64,000 bases of DNA from an uncultured Acidobacteriota bacterium (GTDB taxonomy: Bacteria; Acidobacteriota; Thermoanaerobaculia; UBA5066; Gp7-AA6): NCBI GenBank assembly GCA_963764025.1, contig CAVXRK010000011.1, forward strand, positions 320,999 to 384,998, read 5' to 3'. Every line of letters begins with the position of its first letter. Positions within the stretch are counted from its first letter, which is position 1. Below the pieces are notes generated by a model. That model did not search any database. It worked only from the letters and a program-made list of their open reading frames with translations, and was not told where the DNA came from. This document shows, piece by piece, positions 1 through 8,010 of this stretch. Position numbers and translations under genes: made by a program.

Positions 1-1107
1 GCGGCCGGAAGCGGCCCGGGCCTGGAAGTACTCGTGCACGGCGACGAGGTACCAGAGCGATGCGTCGACGGAGTTGAATTCGGGCTGAACTTTTCCGTCG
101 GGAAAGAGGTTCGGCAGCATGCCCTCCGAGACCGCGCCCGCCCACTGGACGAGGATCTGCCCCGCCTCGTCGAGGCGGCCCGTCGCGAGGCACAGGCCGC
201 GGAGGGCGATGAAGGTGTCGCGTCCCCAGTCGGTGAACCACGGGTAGCCCGCGACGACGGTCCGGCCCTCTCCTCGCCGCACGAGGTAAGCGTCGGCCGA
301 GCGCTCCAGCCGGCCGGGAAAAGCCGCTCGGCGCGTGCGCTCGGAGCTTCGGAACGTCTCGACGGCAGCCTCCGCGGAGCCGGTGCCGAGGGCCGCCTCG
401 TGCCCCTCCGCCGCCATGAGCCAGATCGCGTCGCCCCGAGCGAGGTCGAACGTCAGGGTGCCGGGCGACGCAAGGTCCTCGGAAAAGTCGAGGCCGCGGG
501 CGCGCTCTTCCGCGTAGAGGAAGTTGCGGTACCAGTCCGGAGAGTGCGCGTAAACGCCGTTCGAGAGCATCGTGATGGCGGGCTGGTTGGCGTAGGGACG
601 CAAGCGCAGGCGGCCTTCCTCCGCCGAGGCCGAATCGGCATCGAAGCGAAAGCCCGGGTTCTCGTGGTGAAGCGAGTGATAGTCGCGCCCCGAGAGGAAG
701 GGCCGGACCTCGAGCGTCACGACGCCCGTCCCGGACAGCAGCTTCCACGCGACAGCCGCAGCGGAGGAACCCTTCAGGACCAGGATCTCCTGAGCGATAC
801 GCGTGCCGTCCGGAAGGCGGAACGTCCAGCGCGGCCAGGGCTCGAGCTCGAAGCGGTCGGCGCGGGAGGCGCCGTCGGGGTAGGTGACGTCGGGGCCGTA
901 GGCCTGCGAGGTGATCGCGTAGCGGCCCGAGGACGTCGTGACCCAGGCGTCGAACCCGTTGACGAGGACGACGCGGCCCGTCGGCGGCGTCGTCGCCGTC
1001 AGGAGGAGCGCGTGATAGCGGCGGGTCCGGATGCCGGCGACCGTGCCGGAGGCGAAACCGCCGAGGCCGTCCGCTTCGAGCCACTCCCGGGTCAGGGCGT
1101 CGCTCAT
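1..1107 (-). CDS. glycogen debranching enzyme (amylo-alpha-1,6-glucosidase family), N-terminal part; C-terminus lies off the window
   Basis: Minus-frame translation starting at the ATG at 1107 reads MSDALTREWLEADGLGGFASGTVAGIRTRRYHALL...VLVNGFDAW, typical of the bacterial/archaeal GDE N-terminal domain. The plus-strand 34..1401 ORF is its antisense. Confidence 0.7.
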   Translation of the reverse strand, partial: MSDALTREWLEADGLGGFASGTVAGIRTRRYHALLLTATTPPTGRVVLVNGFDAWVTTSSGRYAITSQAYGPDVTYPDGASRADRFELEPWPRWTFRLPDGTRIAQEILVLKGSSAAAVAWKLLSGTGVVTLEVRPFLSGRDYHSLHHENPGFRFDADSASAEEGRLRLRPYANQPAITMLSNGVYAHSPDWYRNFLYAEERARGLDFSEDLASPGTLTFDLARGDAIWLMAAEGHEAALGTGSAEAAVETFRSSERTRRAAFPGRLERSADAYLVRRGEGRTVVAGYPWFTDWGRDTFIALRGLCLATGRLDEAGQILVQWAGAVSEGMLPNLFPDGKVQPEFNSVDASLWYLVAVHEYFQARAASGR

Positions 1108-1126
1108 CGCCACAGGCTATCCCGTC

Positions 1127-1336
1127 TCACGCGGCGCGAGAGCGCGACAGCTCGATGCGTACCGGCCGGATCGCCACCCGTCCGCAAGCGCAACCGAAGA
1201 CCTCGGCGAGGATTCCCGGAAACTCGTCGTCGCGCGCGTAGGGCCCGTCGCCCGCCCAGCTCAGGTCCAGCCGATCGATCTGCGGCCGCATCTCGTTTCC
1301 GCAGCCCAGGCACCGCATTTCTCTCGCGTCGGTCAT
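1127..1336 (-). CDS. small hypothetical protein with CxxC...CxC zinc-ribbon-like motifs, 69 aa
   Basis: ORF sits 20 nt upstream of the GDE start and has high GC3. It carries CLGC and CAC cysteine pairs. No recognisable family. Confidence 0.35.
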   Translation of the reverse strand: MTDAREMRCLGCGNEMRPQIDRLDLSWAGDGPYARDDEFPGILAEVFGCACGRVAIRPVRIELSRSRAA

Positions 1337-1387
1337 CGATCACCCCCTTGCCCTCCATTCGATGCCGCTCCCACCCCCCCGTTTCCT

Positions 1388-1540
1388 GGGGTCAGCCCTG
1401 AAAGAATGAAAGATTGCCGCGAACCGAATCTCCGACGGCTCAGTTCGACGAGGAAAACCGGCCTCGATGGGGGTAGGACTCTCGAGCGAGTTTCAATCTT
1501 TCAGGACTGGCCCCAAGTGTCAGACTTTCAGGGCTGACCC
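1388..1540. repeat. REP doublet (REPIN-like): GGGGTCAGCCCTGAAAGAATGA on the left, two inverted copies on the right, with an internal GAAAGATTG/CAATCTTTC hairpin
   Basis: The same about 22-nt GGGGTCAGCCCTG(A/C)AAG(T/A)(C/A)TGA element recurs at 11412-11460 and, inverted, at 12451-12500, flanking a RAYT gene. Confidence 0.75.
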
Positions 1541-2550
1541 TACTCGACGAGCTGGAGGAGGTGGCCGTCGGGGTCGGCGGCGAGGAGGGCGCGGGAGAAG
1601 CCGAGGACCGGGGACGGGAGGGTGACGAGGCCGGGCGAGAGGAAGCCGGCGCGAGCGGCGAAGAGGGCCTTTTCGGCGGCGGCGGCGTCGCGGACCCGAA
1701 GCTCCGTCTGCCAGGCGACGAGGTCGTTCGAGCGGACGTCCGGCGGACGCGGGCGTCCGTCCGACGGGGCGAGGTACTCCAGGAACTCGATCCCCGGCCC
1801 CTGCGCCGCCCGCAGCGCCGTGATCCGCAGGCGCGCGCCGAAGACGTTGTTGAGGTGCTCCTGCTCGGTGCCGTAGTTTTCGGCGCCGCCGGCGACCTTC
1901 ATCCCCAGCGCATCCCGGTAGAGCGCGAGGCTCCTCTCCGTGTCGGACACGACGATCGCCGTGTGATCGATTCCGAGAAAGAGGCGCCCCTTCTCCTGCC
2001 ACCGCGGTTCGCCTTTCCCCGGCGGAAACGCCAGGATCTCGAGGGCGTGGCCGTCGGGATCCTTGAAGTAGAACGCCTCGATCCCGCCGGCGTTCGGATT
2101 CCAGTCCGGAAGCCTCTGCGGGCCGCTCGAGGCGTGCCGCACGCGGTGCTCGCGCAGCCGCGCGTAGGCCTTCGCCATGTCGGAGACGATGATCGCGACG
2201 TGCTGGAACCAGCGGTCGTTCGAGCGCGAGTCGACCGGGACGGGACGGCCCTCCGGGGCGAGGTACCCGACGAGCTCGATCCGCTCCGACCCGAGCCGCA
2301 GCGTCGCCGACCGGACTCGCAGCCCGAAGACGCCCTCCAGGCGTTCCCACGCCTCTCCGGCGAGCTCGACCTCGCCGACCTTTTCGAAGCCCAGCACCTC
2401 CGAGTAGAACGCGACGGACCGGTCGAGATCGGAGACCGGGATCGTCACCGAATCGACGGCCGTCACGAGCGGCTGGCCGAGGGCCGCGGCCGCCGCCGTC
2501 CCGACGACGAGGATCGCGACGGCAAGGGCCCGGGTAAGCGGCCGCCTCAC
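1540..2550 (-). CDS. secreted VOC (glyoxalase/bleomycin-resistance/dioxygenase) family protein with two tandem VOC domains
   Basis: GTG start at 2550. N-terminal signal peptide RRPLTRALAVAILVVGTAAAAALG. Two VOC-like halves (VTIPVSDLDRSVAFYSEVLGF... and LGIDHTAIVVSDTERSLALYRDALGM...). Overlaps the GMC gene by GTGA. A REP follows the stop. Confidence 0.7.
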   Translation of the reverse strand: MRRPLTRALAVAILVVGTAAAAALGQPLVTAVDSVTIPVSDLDRSVAFYSEVLGFEKVGEVELAGEAWERLEGVFGLRVRSATLRLGSERIELVGYLAPEGRPVPVDSRSNDRWFQHVAIIVSDMAKAYARLREHRVRHASSGPQRLPDWNPNAGGIEAFYFKDPDGHALEILAFPPGKGEPRWQEKGRLFLGIDHTAIVVSDTERSLALYRDALGMKVAGGAENYGTEQEHLNNVFGARLRITALRAAQGPGIEFLEYLAPSDGRPRPPDVRSNDLVAWQTELRVRDAAAAEKALFAARAGFLSPGLVTLPSPVLGFSRALLAADPDGHLLQLVE

Positions 2551-4115
2551 GCCAGGCGTTCCTTGAGGTGCTCGCCGACCCGCAGCGCGTTCGCGATGAT
2601 GGTCAGCGCCGGATTTACGGCCGCCGAGGATGGGAAGAAGCTGCCGTCGACCACGTAGAGGTTGTCGAGGTCGTGCGCCTTGCAGTTCGAATCGAGCGCC
2701 GAGGCTTTCGGGTCGCGGCCGAACCGGGCCGTTCCGTTCTGGTGCGCCACCCCCGCGAGCGGGATCTTCTCGCCGAGAAAAAGGCTCCGTCCGAAAAGGC
2801 CGACGTGGCACGAGTCCCCGTGCATCGAGCACTTGCGCTGCTTCTGCATTGCCTTCTGCAGGGTCGCGCGGAGGCGCTCGTGCGCGGTCACGTTGTTGGG
2901 CTGGTACTTGAGAACGATGTTCCCGTCGCGGTCGAGCGTCACGCGATTCTCGGGGTCCGGCAGGTCCTCCGAGGTCAGCCAGAAGTCGAGCGAGTGCTTC
3001 GCCATCATCTCGAGCGTGAATCCCGGCGCGATCGCCGGCGCGCCCGCCGAGAGCGCGATGCCATCGAGCTTGCCGACGAAGGAGATGTGGCCCATCGGGT
3101 AGCCCCACTCCTTCGACGCAAAGTAGTAGTCGTTGACGCCGAGCGTCTTCTGGAAGACGGTCGGATTCGGGCAGCGCGAGATCGCGAGCAGGACCGAGTT
3201 GACGTGCCCCATGTAGTGCCGGCCGACGACGTCGCTCGAGTTCGCGAGGCCGTTCGGGTGCCTGTCGTTCGCCGACCGAAGGAGCAGCGCCGCCGAGTTG
3301 ATCGCGCCGCAGGAGACGACCACGACGTCGGCCGTGTATTCCTCGGGCACGCCTTCGCGCTCGACCGAGACTTTCGTCACACGGCGGCCCCCGGCATCGG
3401 TGTGGAGGCGCGTGACCTTCGCGCCGGTCTGCAGCGTCACGTTCGGGTGCGCCAGCGCCGGGTCCACGCAGCAGACCTGGGCGTCCGCTTTGGCCTGCAC
3501 CAGGCACGGGAACCCGTCGCACGACTCGCAACGGATGCACCTGGAAGCGCGGCGGTCCTTCTCGTTCAGCATGATGCCGAGGGGCACGTGGAAGGGGCGC
3601 AGGCCCTGCTGCTCGAAGTCGTCCGAGAGGTCCTGGATGCGGGGCTCGTGCGAGACGGCGGGGTGCGGGAAGGGGGTCGAGGCCGGCGGCTCCGTCGGGT
3701 CTTCGCCCCGGGTGCCGTGGACGCGGTAGAGCTCCTCGGCTTTCGCGTACCAGGGCTCCATCTCCGCATAGGAGATCGGCCACGCCGGCGAAACTCCCCC
3801 GTGGTGCCGGATCTCGCCGAAGTCCTCCTGGCGCAGGCGAAAGAGGGCGGCGCCGTAGAACTTGGTGTTCCCCCCCACCCAGTAGTTGGTGTGGGGATGG
3901 AGGTCCTTGCCGTGCTTGTCGCGCCAGACTTCCTTCGTGGCGTATTTGCCGTCGACGTTGACGGCCTTCGAGCTCCAGTTGTCCTTCTCGCGGGGAACGA
4001 AGTCGCCGCGCTCGAGCACCAGGATCCTCTTGCCCGTCGGCGCGAGCGACCAGAGCAGCGTCCCGCCCCCGGCGCCCGTGCCAATGATGATCACGTCGTA
4101 GTGGTTCGCGGACAT
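2547..4115 (-). CDS. GMC family FAD-dependent oxidoreductase
   Basis: MSANHYDVIIIGTGAGGG Rossmann motif with an AGGGGA SD upstream. C-terminal GMC_oxred_C-like HDLDNLYVVDGSFFPSSAAVNPALTIIA. Confidence 0.85.
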   Translation of the reverse strand: MSANHYDVIIIGTGAGGGTLLWSLAPTGKRILVLERGDFVPREKDNWSSKAVNVDGKYATKEVWRDKHGKDLHPHTNYWVGGNTKFYGAALFRLRQEDFGEIRHHGGVSPAWPISYAEMEPWYAKAEELYRVHGTRGEDPTEPPASTPFPHPAVSHEPRIQDLSDDFEQQGLRPFHVPLGIMLNEKDRRASRCIRCESCDGFPCLVQAKADAQVCCVDPALAHPNVTLQTGAKVTRLHTDAGGRRVTKVSVEREGVPEEYTADVVVVSCGAINSAALLLRSANDRHPNGLANSSDVVGRHYMGHVNSVLLAISRCPNPTVFQKTLGVNDYYFASKEWGYPMGHISFVGKLDGIALSAGAPAIAPGFTLEMMAKHSLDFWLTSEDLPDPENRVTLDRDGNIVLKYQPNNVTAHERLRATLQKAMQKQRKCSMHGDSCHVGLFGRSLFLGEKIPLAGVAHQNGTARFGRDPKASALDSNCKAHDLDNLYVVDGSFFPSSAAVNPALTIIANALRVGEHLKERLA

Positions 4116-5008
4116 CAGCGTCCCCTTTCCGCGGCGGCCGCGGCCGGCGGGCCGCACGGCCTGTAGCCGCACCGGAAGATGCAGCGATGGTCGTTCTCGT
4201 GGTGGAGCTTGGCGCAGAGAACCGAGCTCGTGCCCGAAAGTCGCAGGCGCAGCTTCGGCCGCCGCGAGCATGCCGATCGGCGGGAGCGACGAAGTAGATC
4301 CAGAGGTGGTCCCAGCGCCTGGCGGCCGCCGCCGAGCCGAAGGTCCGGGCCGGGTTCATGCTCATGCCCGAAATCGGGGCCTCGAACGTGATGAAGAGCG
4401 CCACGCAGGCACCGGCGGCGATCCCCGTGAAGCGGTTGGTCCGCGGATCGTTCGAGACCGCGAGCACCACGGTCATCAGGATGAAGGTGATGAGGACCTC
4501 GGCCCCGAAGGCGCGCGCGAGGCCCGCGGGCCCGGGGATCGTGACGGCGAAGTTGACCGCCGGGTGCCGCACCGCGGCGGAGAGGAAGAGCGCCGGCGAC
4601 GAGGCAGCCGGCGAACGCCCCGACAAACTGCGCGGCCGCGTAGAAGAGCGCATCCGGCGCCTCCACCTTGCCGAGCCGCAGGAACGTCAGTGTCGTCGCG
4701 GGGTTGATGTGCGCCCCGCTCCGCTTCCCCCAGCCCGAGTAGATGATCGCGACGGCCGTCATCCCCATCGCCAGGCCCATCAGCGCCCGGCGGACGAAGG
4801 GATCCGGCAGCGCGGCATGGACGGCCGATCCGGGATGCTCGAGGAGCGCGGCGAAGACGCAGGCCGACACCATGAAGAGCCCGAGGAGCGCTCCCTCGAT
4901 GAGGTATTCCGGCCAGTGCGCCCGAAGGGCCGCCGCCAGGACGCCGTTTCGCGGCGCGCGGCGGCCCGGGGCCGCCGGGGAGTCGAGGGATTCGCGCAGG
5001 GCCGTCAC
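4115..5008 (-). pseudogene. aquaporin/MIP family channel, disrupted by at least two ±1 frameshifts (possibly sequencing errors)
   Basis: The N-half (frame of 4115..5008) carries SGAHINPATT (NPA box 1). The C-half continues in the frame of the 1540..4653 ORF with GMSMNPARTF (NPA box 2). The TGA stop overlaps the ATG of the GMC gene. Confidence 0.6.
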
Positions 5009-5093
5009 GATGGCGCTTGGATGTCCGCGGAGCCTCCGCGGTTTCGCCTCCGCCGCGGGCGCCGAGTGCCGGTGGTAGCATCCGCGCGGCGGT

Positions 5094-6240
5094 TTGCCTC
5101 AAATGCCGTTGCTCCCGCCAGCCGAGCTGCCCGCGGACTATCCACCGCTGCTCGCTCTCGCTGAACGGCTCGGGTTCGTCCCTTCGATCTTCCCCGCGCA
5201 GGCCATCCTGCCGCGCGCGATCGAAGCGGAGACGCGACTCCTCCGCGCCCTCCTCATCGAGCCCGGGGCCCTCGGCTGGGAGCGCAAGGAAGAGATCCTC
5301 GTCGCCGTCGCGGCCGCCCGCCGCAACCGGTACTGCCTCGCGGTGCACGCCCGGGTTCTCGGGAACCTGGGCTGCGCCGCGCCGGACATCGCGGCGCTGG
5401 CCGAGGGGCCGCTTCGAGTCATTCGAGAAGAGCCGGGCCGCCCTGCTCGACTTCTCCGTCCGCCTGGCTCTCGCGCCGCTCTCGACCGGGGCGCCGGATA
5501 TCGAGCGGCTGCGGGCGGTCTCCGCGTCGGACGAGGAGATTCTCGAGGCCGTGCAGACGGCCGCCCTGGCGGAGTTCCTTTGCGCGCTCTCGACGGGTCT
5601 CGCCGCGGAGGTCGACGTGCCGATGCCACCCGCGATCCTCGCGGCCGTCGAGCCCGCGGCGGCGCGGGCATCGGCCCCGGCGGTCCCGCGCGCGCCCGGT
5701 GCTTACCTTCGCGCTGTGCCCCTCGCCCCGGACGCCTTCGGTCCGTTCGGGGAGCTCAAGGGCCGCTTCGGATTCGTTCCGGCGCTCTTCCGCGCCCAGA
5801 CGCTCACGCCCGGGGCCCTCGAAGCCGAAATCGAGGCACTGCGCGAAATCCTCCTGACGGAAGACGTCCTGAGCCGGCGGCAGAAGGAGCTCGTGCAACT
5901 CGTCGTCTCGGCGTGGAACCTCGACACCTACGGCGTCGCGCTCCACACCGAGCTCCTGCGCGGCCTCGGCGTGCCTCCCGAGGCCTCGGACCGCGTCGTG
6001 TCCGACCACCGGAACGCGGACCTTTCGGCGGCGGACAGGGCCCTTCTCGATTTCGCCTGGAGGATCACCGCCGAAGGGCCGGCCTACGGCGAATCCGACG
6101 CCGCGGCCCTGCGCGCGGCCGGGTTCTCGGATCCCCAGATCCTCGAGGCGATTGTCGTGACCTCGCTCGCCGGCTTCCTGAGCACGCTCGCGGCGGGACT
6201 TAACCCGAAGCCCGACTTCAAGCCGCGGCGCGACCTCGTC
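5094..6240 (+). CDS. tandem carboxymuconolactone-decarboxylase (CMD)/AhpD-like peroxidase-related protein; +1 shift in a GGGG run near 5409; 3' end uncertain
   Basis: Domain 1 is in frame 0 (FVPSIFPAQAILPRAIEAETRLLRALL...RRNRYCLAVHARVL). Domain 2 is in frame 1 (FVPALFRAQTLTPGALEAEIEALREILL...DTYGVALHTELL). Removing one G from GAGGGGCCG joins them. Confidence 0.65.
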
Positions 6241-6262
6241 GCCGAACGCGCCGCCACGGCCG

Positions 6263-6875
6263 CGCAGCGAGGCCGAGCGCGCCGCCGATCCCGACGCGGA
6301 GCTCGTCGCGCGCGCCCGCGGCGGCGACGTCGCAGCCTTCGAGGACCTCATCCGCCGCAACCAGGCGCGTATCTATCGGAACCCTCGCCGGCCTGACGGG
6401 CAGCGCCGAGGACGCCGAGGACTGCTGCCAGTCGGCGTTCGTCAAGGCGTTCCGGAAGATCGGCGACTTCGCCGGCGCCTCCCGGTTTTCGACCTGGCTG
6501 ACGCGGATCGCGATCAACGAGGGTCTCGATCGCCTGAGGAGCCGCCACCCGTCGGAGCCCCTCGACCTGGCGGCCGCCGGGGACGAGGAGTTCCGTCCTT
6601 CGCCGGGCGAAGCCTGGATCGAGGACCCGGAGCGGCTCTATGCCCGCGAGGAGACGCGGCGGCTCGTCCGGCAGGAGCTGGCGCGCCTGCCCGTGGCCTA
6701 CCGGACCGCCGTCATGCTGCGCGACATCGAGCAGCTCTCGACCGCCGAGGCGGCCGCGATCCTGGATCTGCCCGTGCCGACGCTGAAGACGCGGCTGCTG
6801 CGCGGACGCTTGATGCTTCGCGAAGCCCTGGCGGCGCACTTCGCCGCCGGACCTCCGGGGGCCCGCCCTGCTTAG
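6263..6875 (+). CDS. ECF (sigma-70 family group IV) RNA polymerase sigma factor; frameshift near 6385 (AA run); start codon not identifiable
   Basis: Region 2 reads DAELVARARGGDVAAFEDLIRRNQARIYR, then after the shift TLAGLTGSAEDAEDCCQSAFVKAFRKIGDF...STWLTRIAINEGLDRLRSRH. Region 4 reads AYRTAVMLRDIEQLSTAEAAAILDLPVPTLKTRLLRGR. No ATG/GTG/TTG lies in any frame between 6181 and 6290. Confidence 0.7.
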
Positions 6876-7107
6876 CTGCGACGACGTCCGGGCCGAGCTC
6901 TCGAACCTCCTCGACGAGGACGTGGCGCCGGAGGTGCGCCGAGCGCTCGAGCACCATCTCGCCGACTGCCGGACGTGCCGGATCCTCTACGACTCGACGC
7001 GCAAGACCATTCGGATCGTCACGGACGCGGGGGCGTGGGAGCTTCCGGCGGGAGCGTCGGAGCGGCTGACCGCGAAGATCCTCGCCGCGCTCGAGAAGAC
7101 CGACTAG
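6868..7107 (+). CDS. ZAS-type (zf-HC2) anti-sigma factor, cognate to the upstream ECF sigma factor
   Basis: LLSCDDVRAELSNLLDEDVAPEVRRALEHHLADCRTCRILYDS carries the HxxxCxxC redox zinc motif, as in RsrA/ChrR. Overlaps the sigma-factor stop. The only upstream in-frame candidate start is a CTG at 6868; an ATG is internal at 6922. Confidence 0.65.
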   Translation: MLSCDDVRAELSNLLDEDVAPEVRRALEHHLADCRTCRILYDSTRKTIRIVTDAGAWELPAGASERLTAKILAALEKTD

Positions 7108-7670
7108 CCGCGTCCGCCGGCGCCCGCGAGCACGATCTTCGAGGCGTCGAAGTCCGGCAGAGTTCCGAGGCCGAACGAAACGGTGTTCGCGAACTGCGCG
7201 ACGCCGACCATCAGGATCGTCTCGAGGATCTGCTGCTCGCTGAAGCCGTATGTCCGCAGGCCCTCGATGTCGTCCGCGTCGATCTTGAGCCCCTCTTTGT
7301 TGAGCTTCAGGGCGAAGTTGAGAAGCGCCTTGTCCTCGGCGGCGATGTTGGTGCGATTGTGGTCGAGCGCGATCTGCTCGGGCTCGGGCCCGTGGATCCC
7401 GAGCATGCGCACGATCTCGCAGTGCGCGGTCACGCAGTAGGTCGAAAGGTTCGCAGCCGAGCAGACGAGGAAGACGTACTCCTTCTGGCGCCTCGCCAGA
7501 GCCCCTTCCTTGACCATCACGCCGCCGATCAACGCGAGCTCGGCCTCGATCAAGTCGGGGCGCAACGTCTGCGCCCGGAAGAAGTTCGGAAGAAACCCGA
7601 AGGCTTCGCGGATCTGCTGGAACGGGGGGAACTCGGATTCGTCGATCGGCCCGCGGCCGATGTAACTCAT
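7104..7670 (-). CDS. CMD/AhpD-like peroxidase-related enzyme (single domain, 188 aa)
   Basis: Clean ORF: FLPNFFRAQTLRPDLIEAELALIGGVM...RRQKEYVFLVCSAANLSTYCVTAHCEIV. Paralogous to both halves of the 5094 gene. Convergent with the anti-sigma gene, overlapping it by 4 nt. Confidence 0.8.
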   Translation of the reverse strand: MSYIGRGPIDESEFPPFQQIREAFGFLPNFFRAQTLRPDLIEAELALIGGVMVKEGALARRQKEYVFLVCSAANLSTYCVTAHCEIVRMLGIHGPEPEQIALDHNRTNIAAEDKALLNFALKLNKEGLKIDADDIEGLRTYGFSEQQILETILMVGVAQFANTVSFGLGTLPDFDASKIVLAGAGGRG

Positions 7671-7741
7671 TGGAACCTCCCGGCTTGCAGACTATACCGC
7701 CCATTTGAATCTTTTCGGCGCCCCGGCCCGTCCAATGGACA

Positions 7742-8003
7742 GTGTTTTCCTGCGAGGCGCTCCGCCAGGCGCTGTCCGACCTCCTCGACGGGGAGGTCGA
7801 TCCGTCCGTCCGCCGGGAGGTGGAGATCCACCTTCAGGACTGCGCGGCCTGCCGGATCCTCTACGACTCCGCCCGGAAGACGCTCGCCGTCGTCTCGAAC
7901 GTCGGCACCTTCGACCTGCCGGCGCCGGTGTCGGAGAGGCTGGTTCGCCGGATCCTCGAGACCGTGCTCGACCCGCGCCACTCCGTCCCGGCCGCCTGTC
8001 CCG
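7742..8003 (+). CDS. second ZAS (zf-HC2) anti-sigma-like domain with no stop codon; continues by a +1 shift into the downstream sigma54 activator (possible fusion)
   Basis: GTG start. MFSCEALRQALSDLLDGEVDPSVRREVEIHLQDCAACRILYDSARKTLAVV is paralogous to the 6868 gene. The frame stays open to 8473. The sigma54 activator has no start codon of its own. Confidence 0.5.
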
Positions 8004-8010
8004 TCCCGGA

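Noticed and set aside
34-1401. 455-aa plus-strand ORF
   Set aside because: Arg/Ala/Gly/Pro-rich antisense translation of the glycogen debranching gene. No domain signal. Typical high-GC open antisense frame.
6200-6400. Possible CMD–ECF sigma fusion, because the CMD frame runs into the sigma-factor gene without a stop and the sigma factor lacks a start
   Set aside because: Unlikely biologically. More simply explained by additional undetected indels in a region that already has two confirmed homopolymer frameshifts. Left as unresolved gene boundaries.
6975-8010. 5' 1 kb of the 1146-aa ORF, and the alternative 8567..10480 frame
   Set aside because: Only the part from about 8011 matches sigma54-activator domains. 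The upstream part is open frame over other genes (CMD on the opposite strand, ZAS). The 8567 ORF is a low-complexity Arg/Pro/Gly alternative frame.
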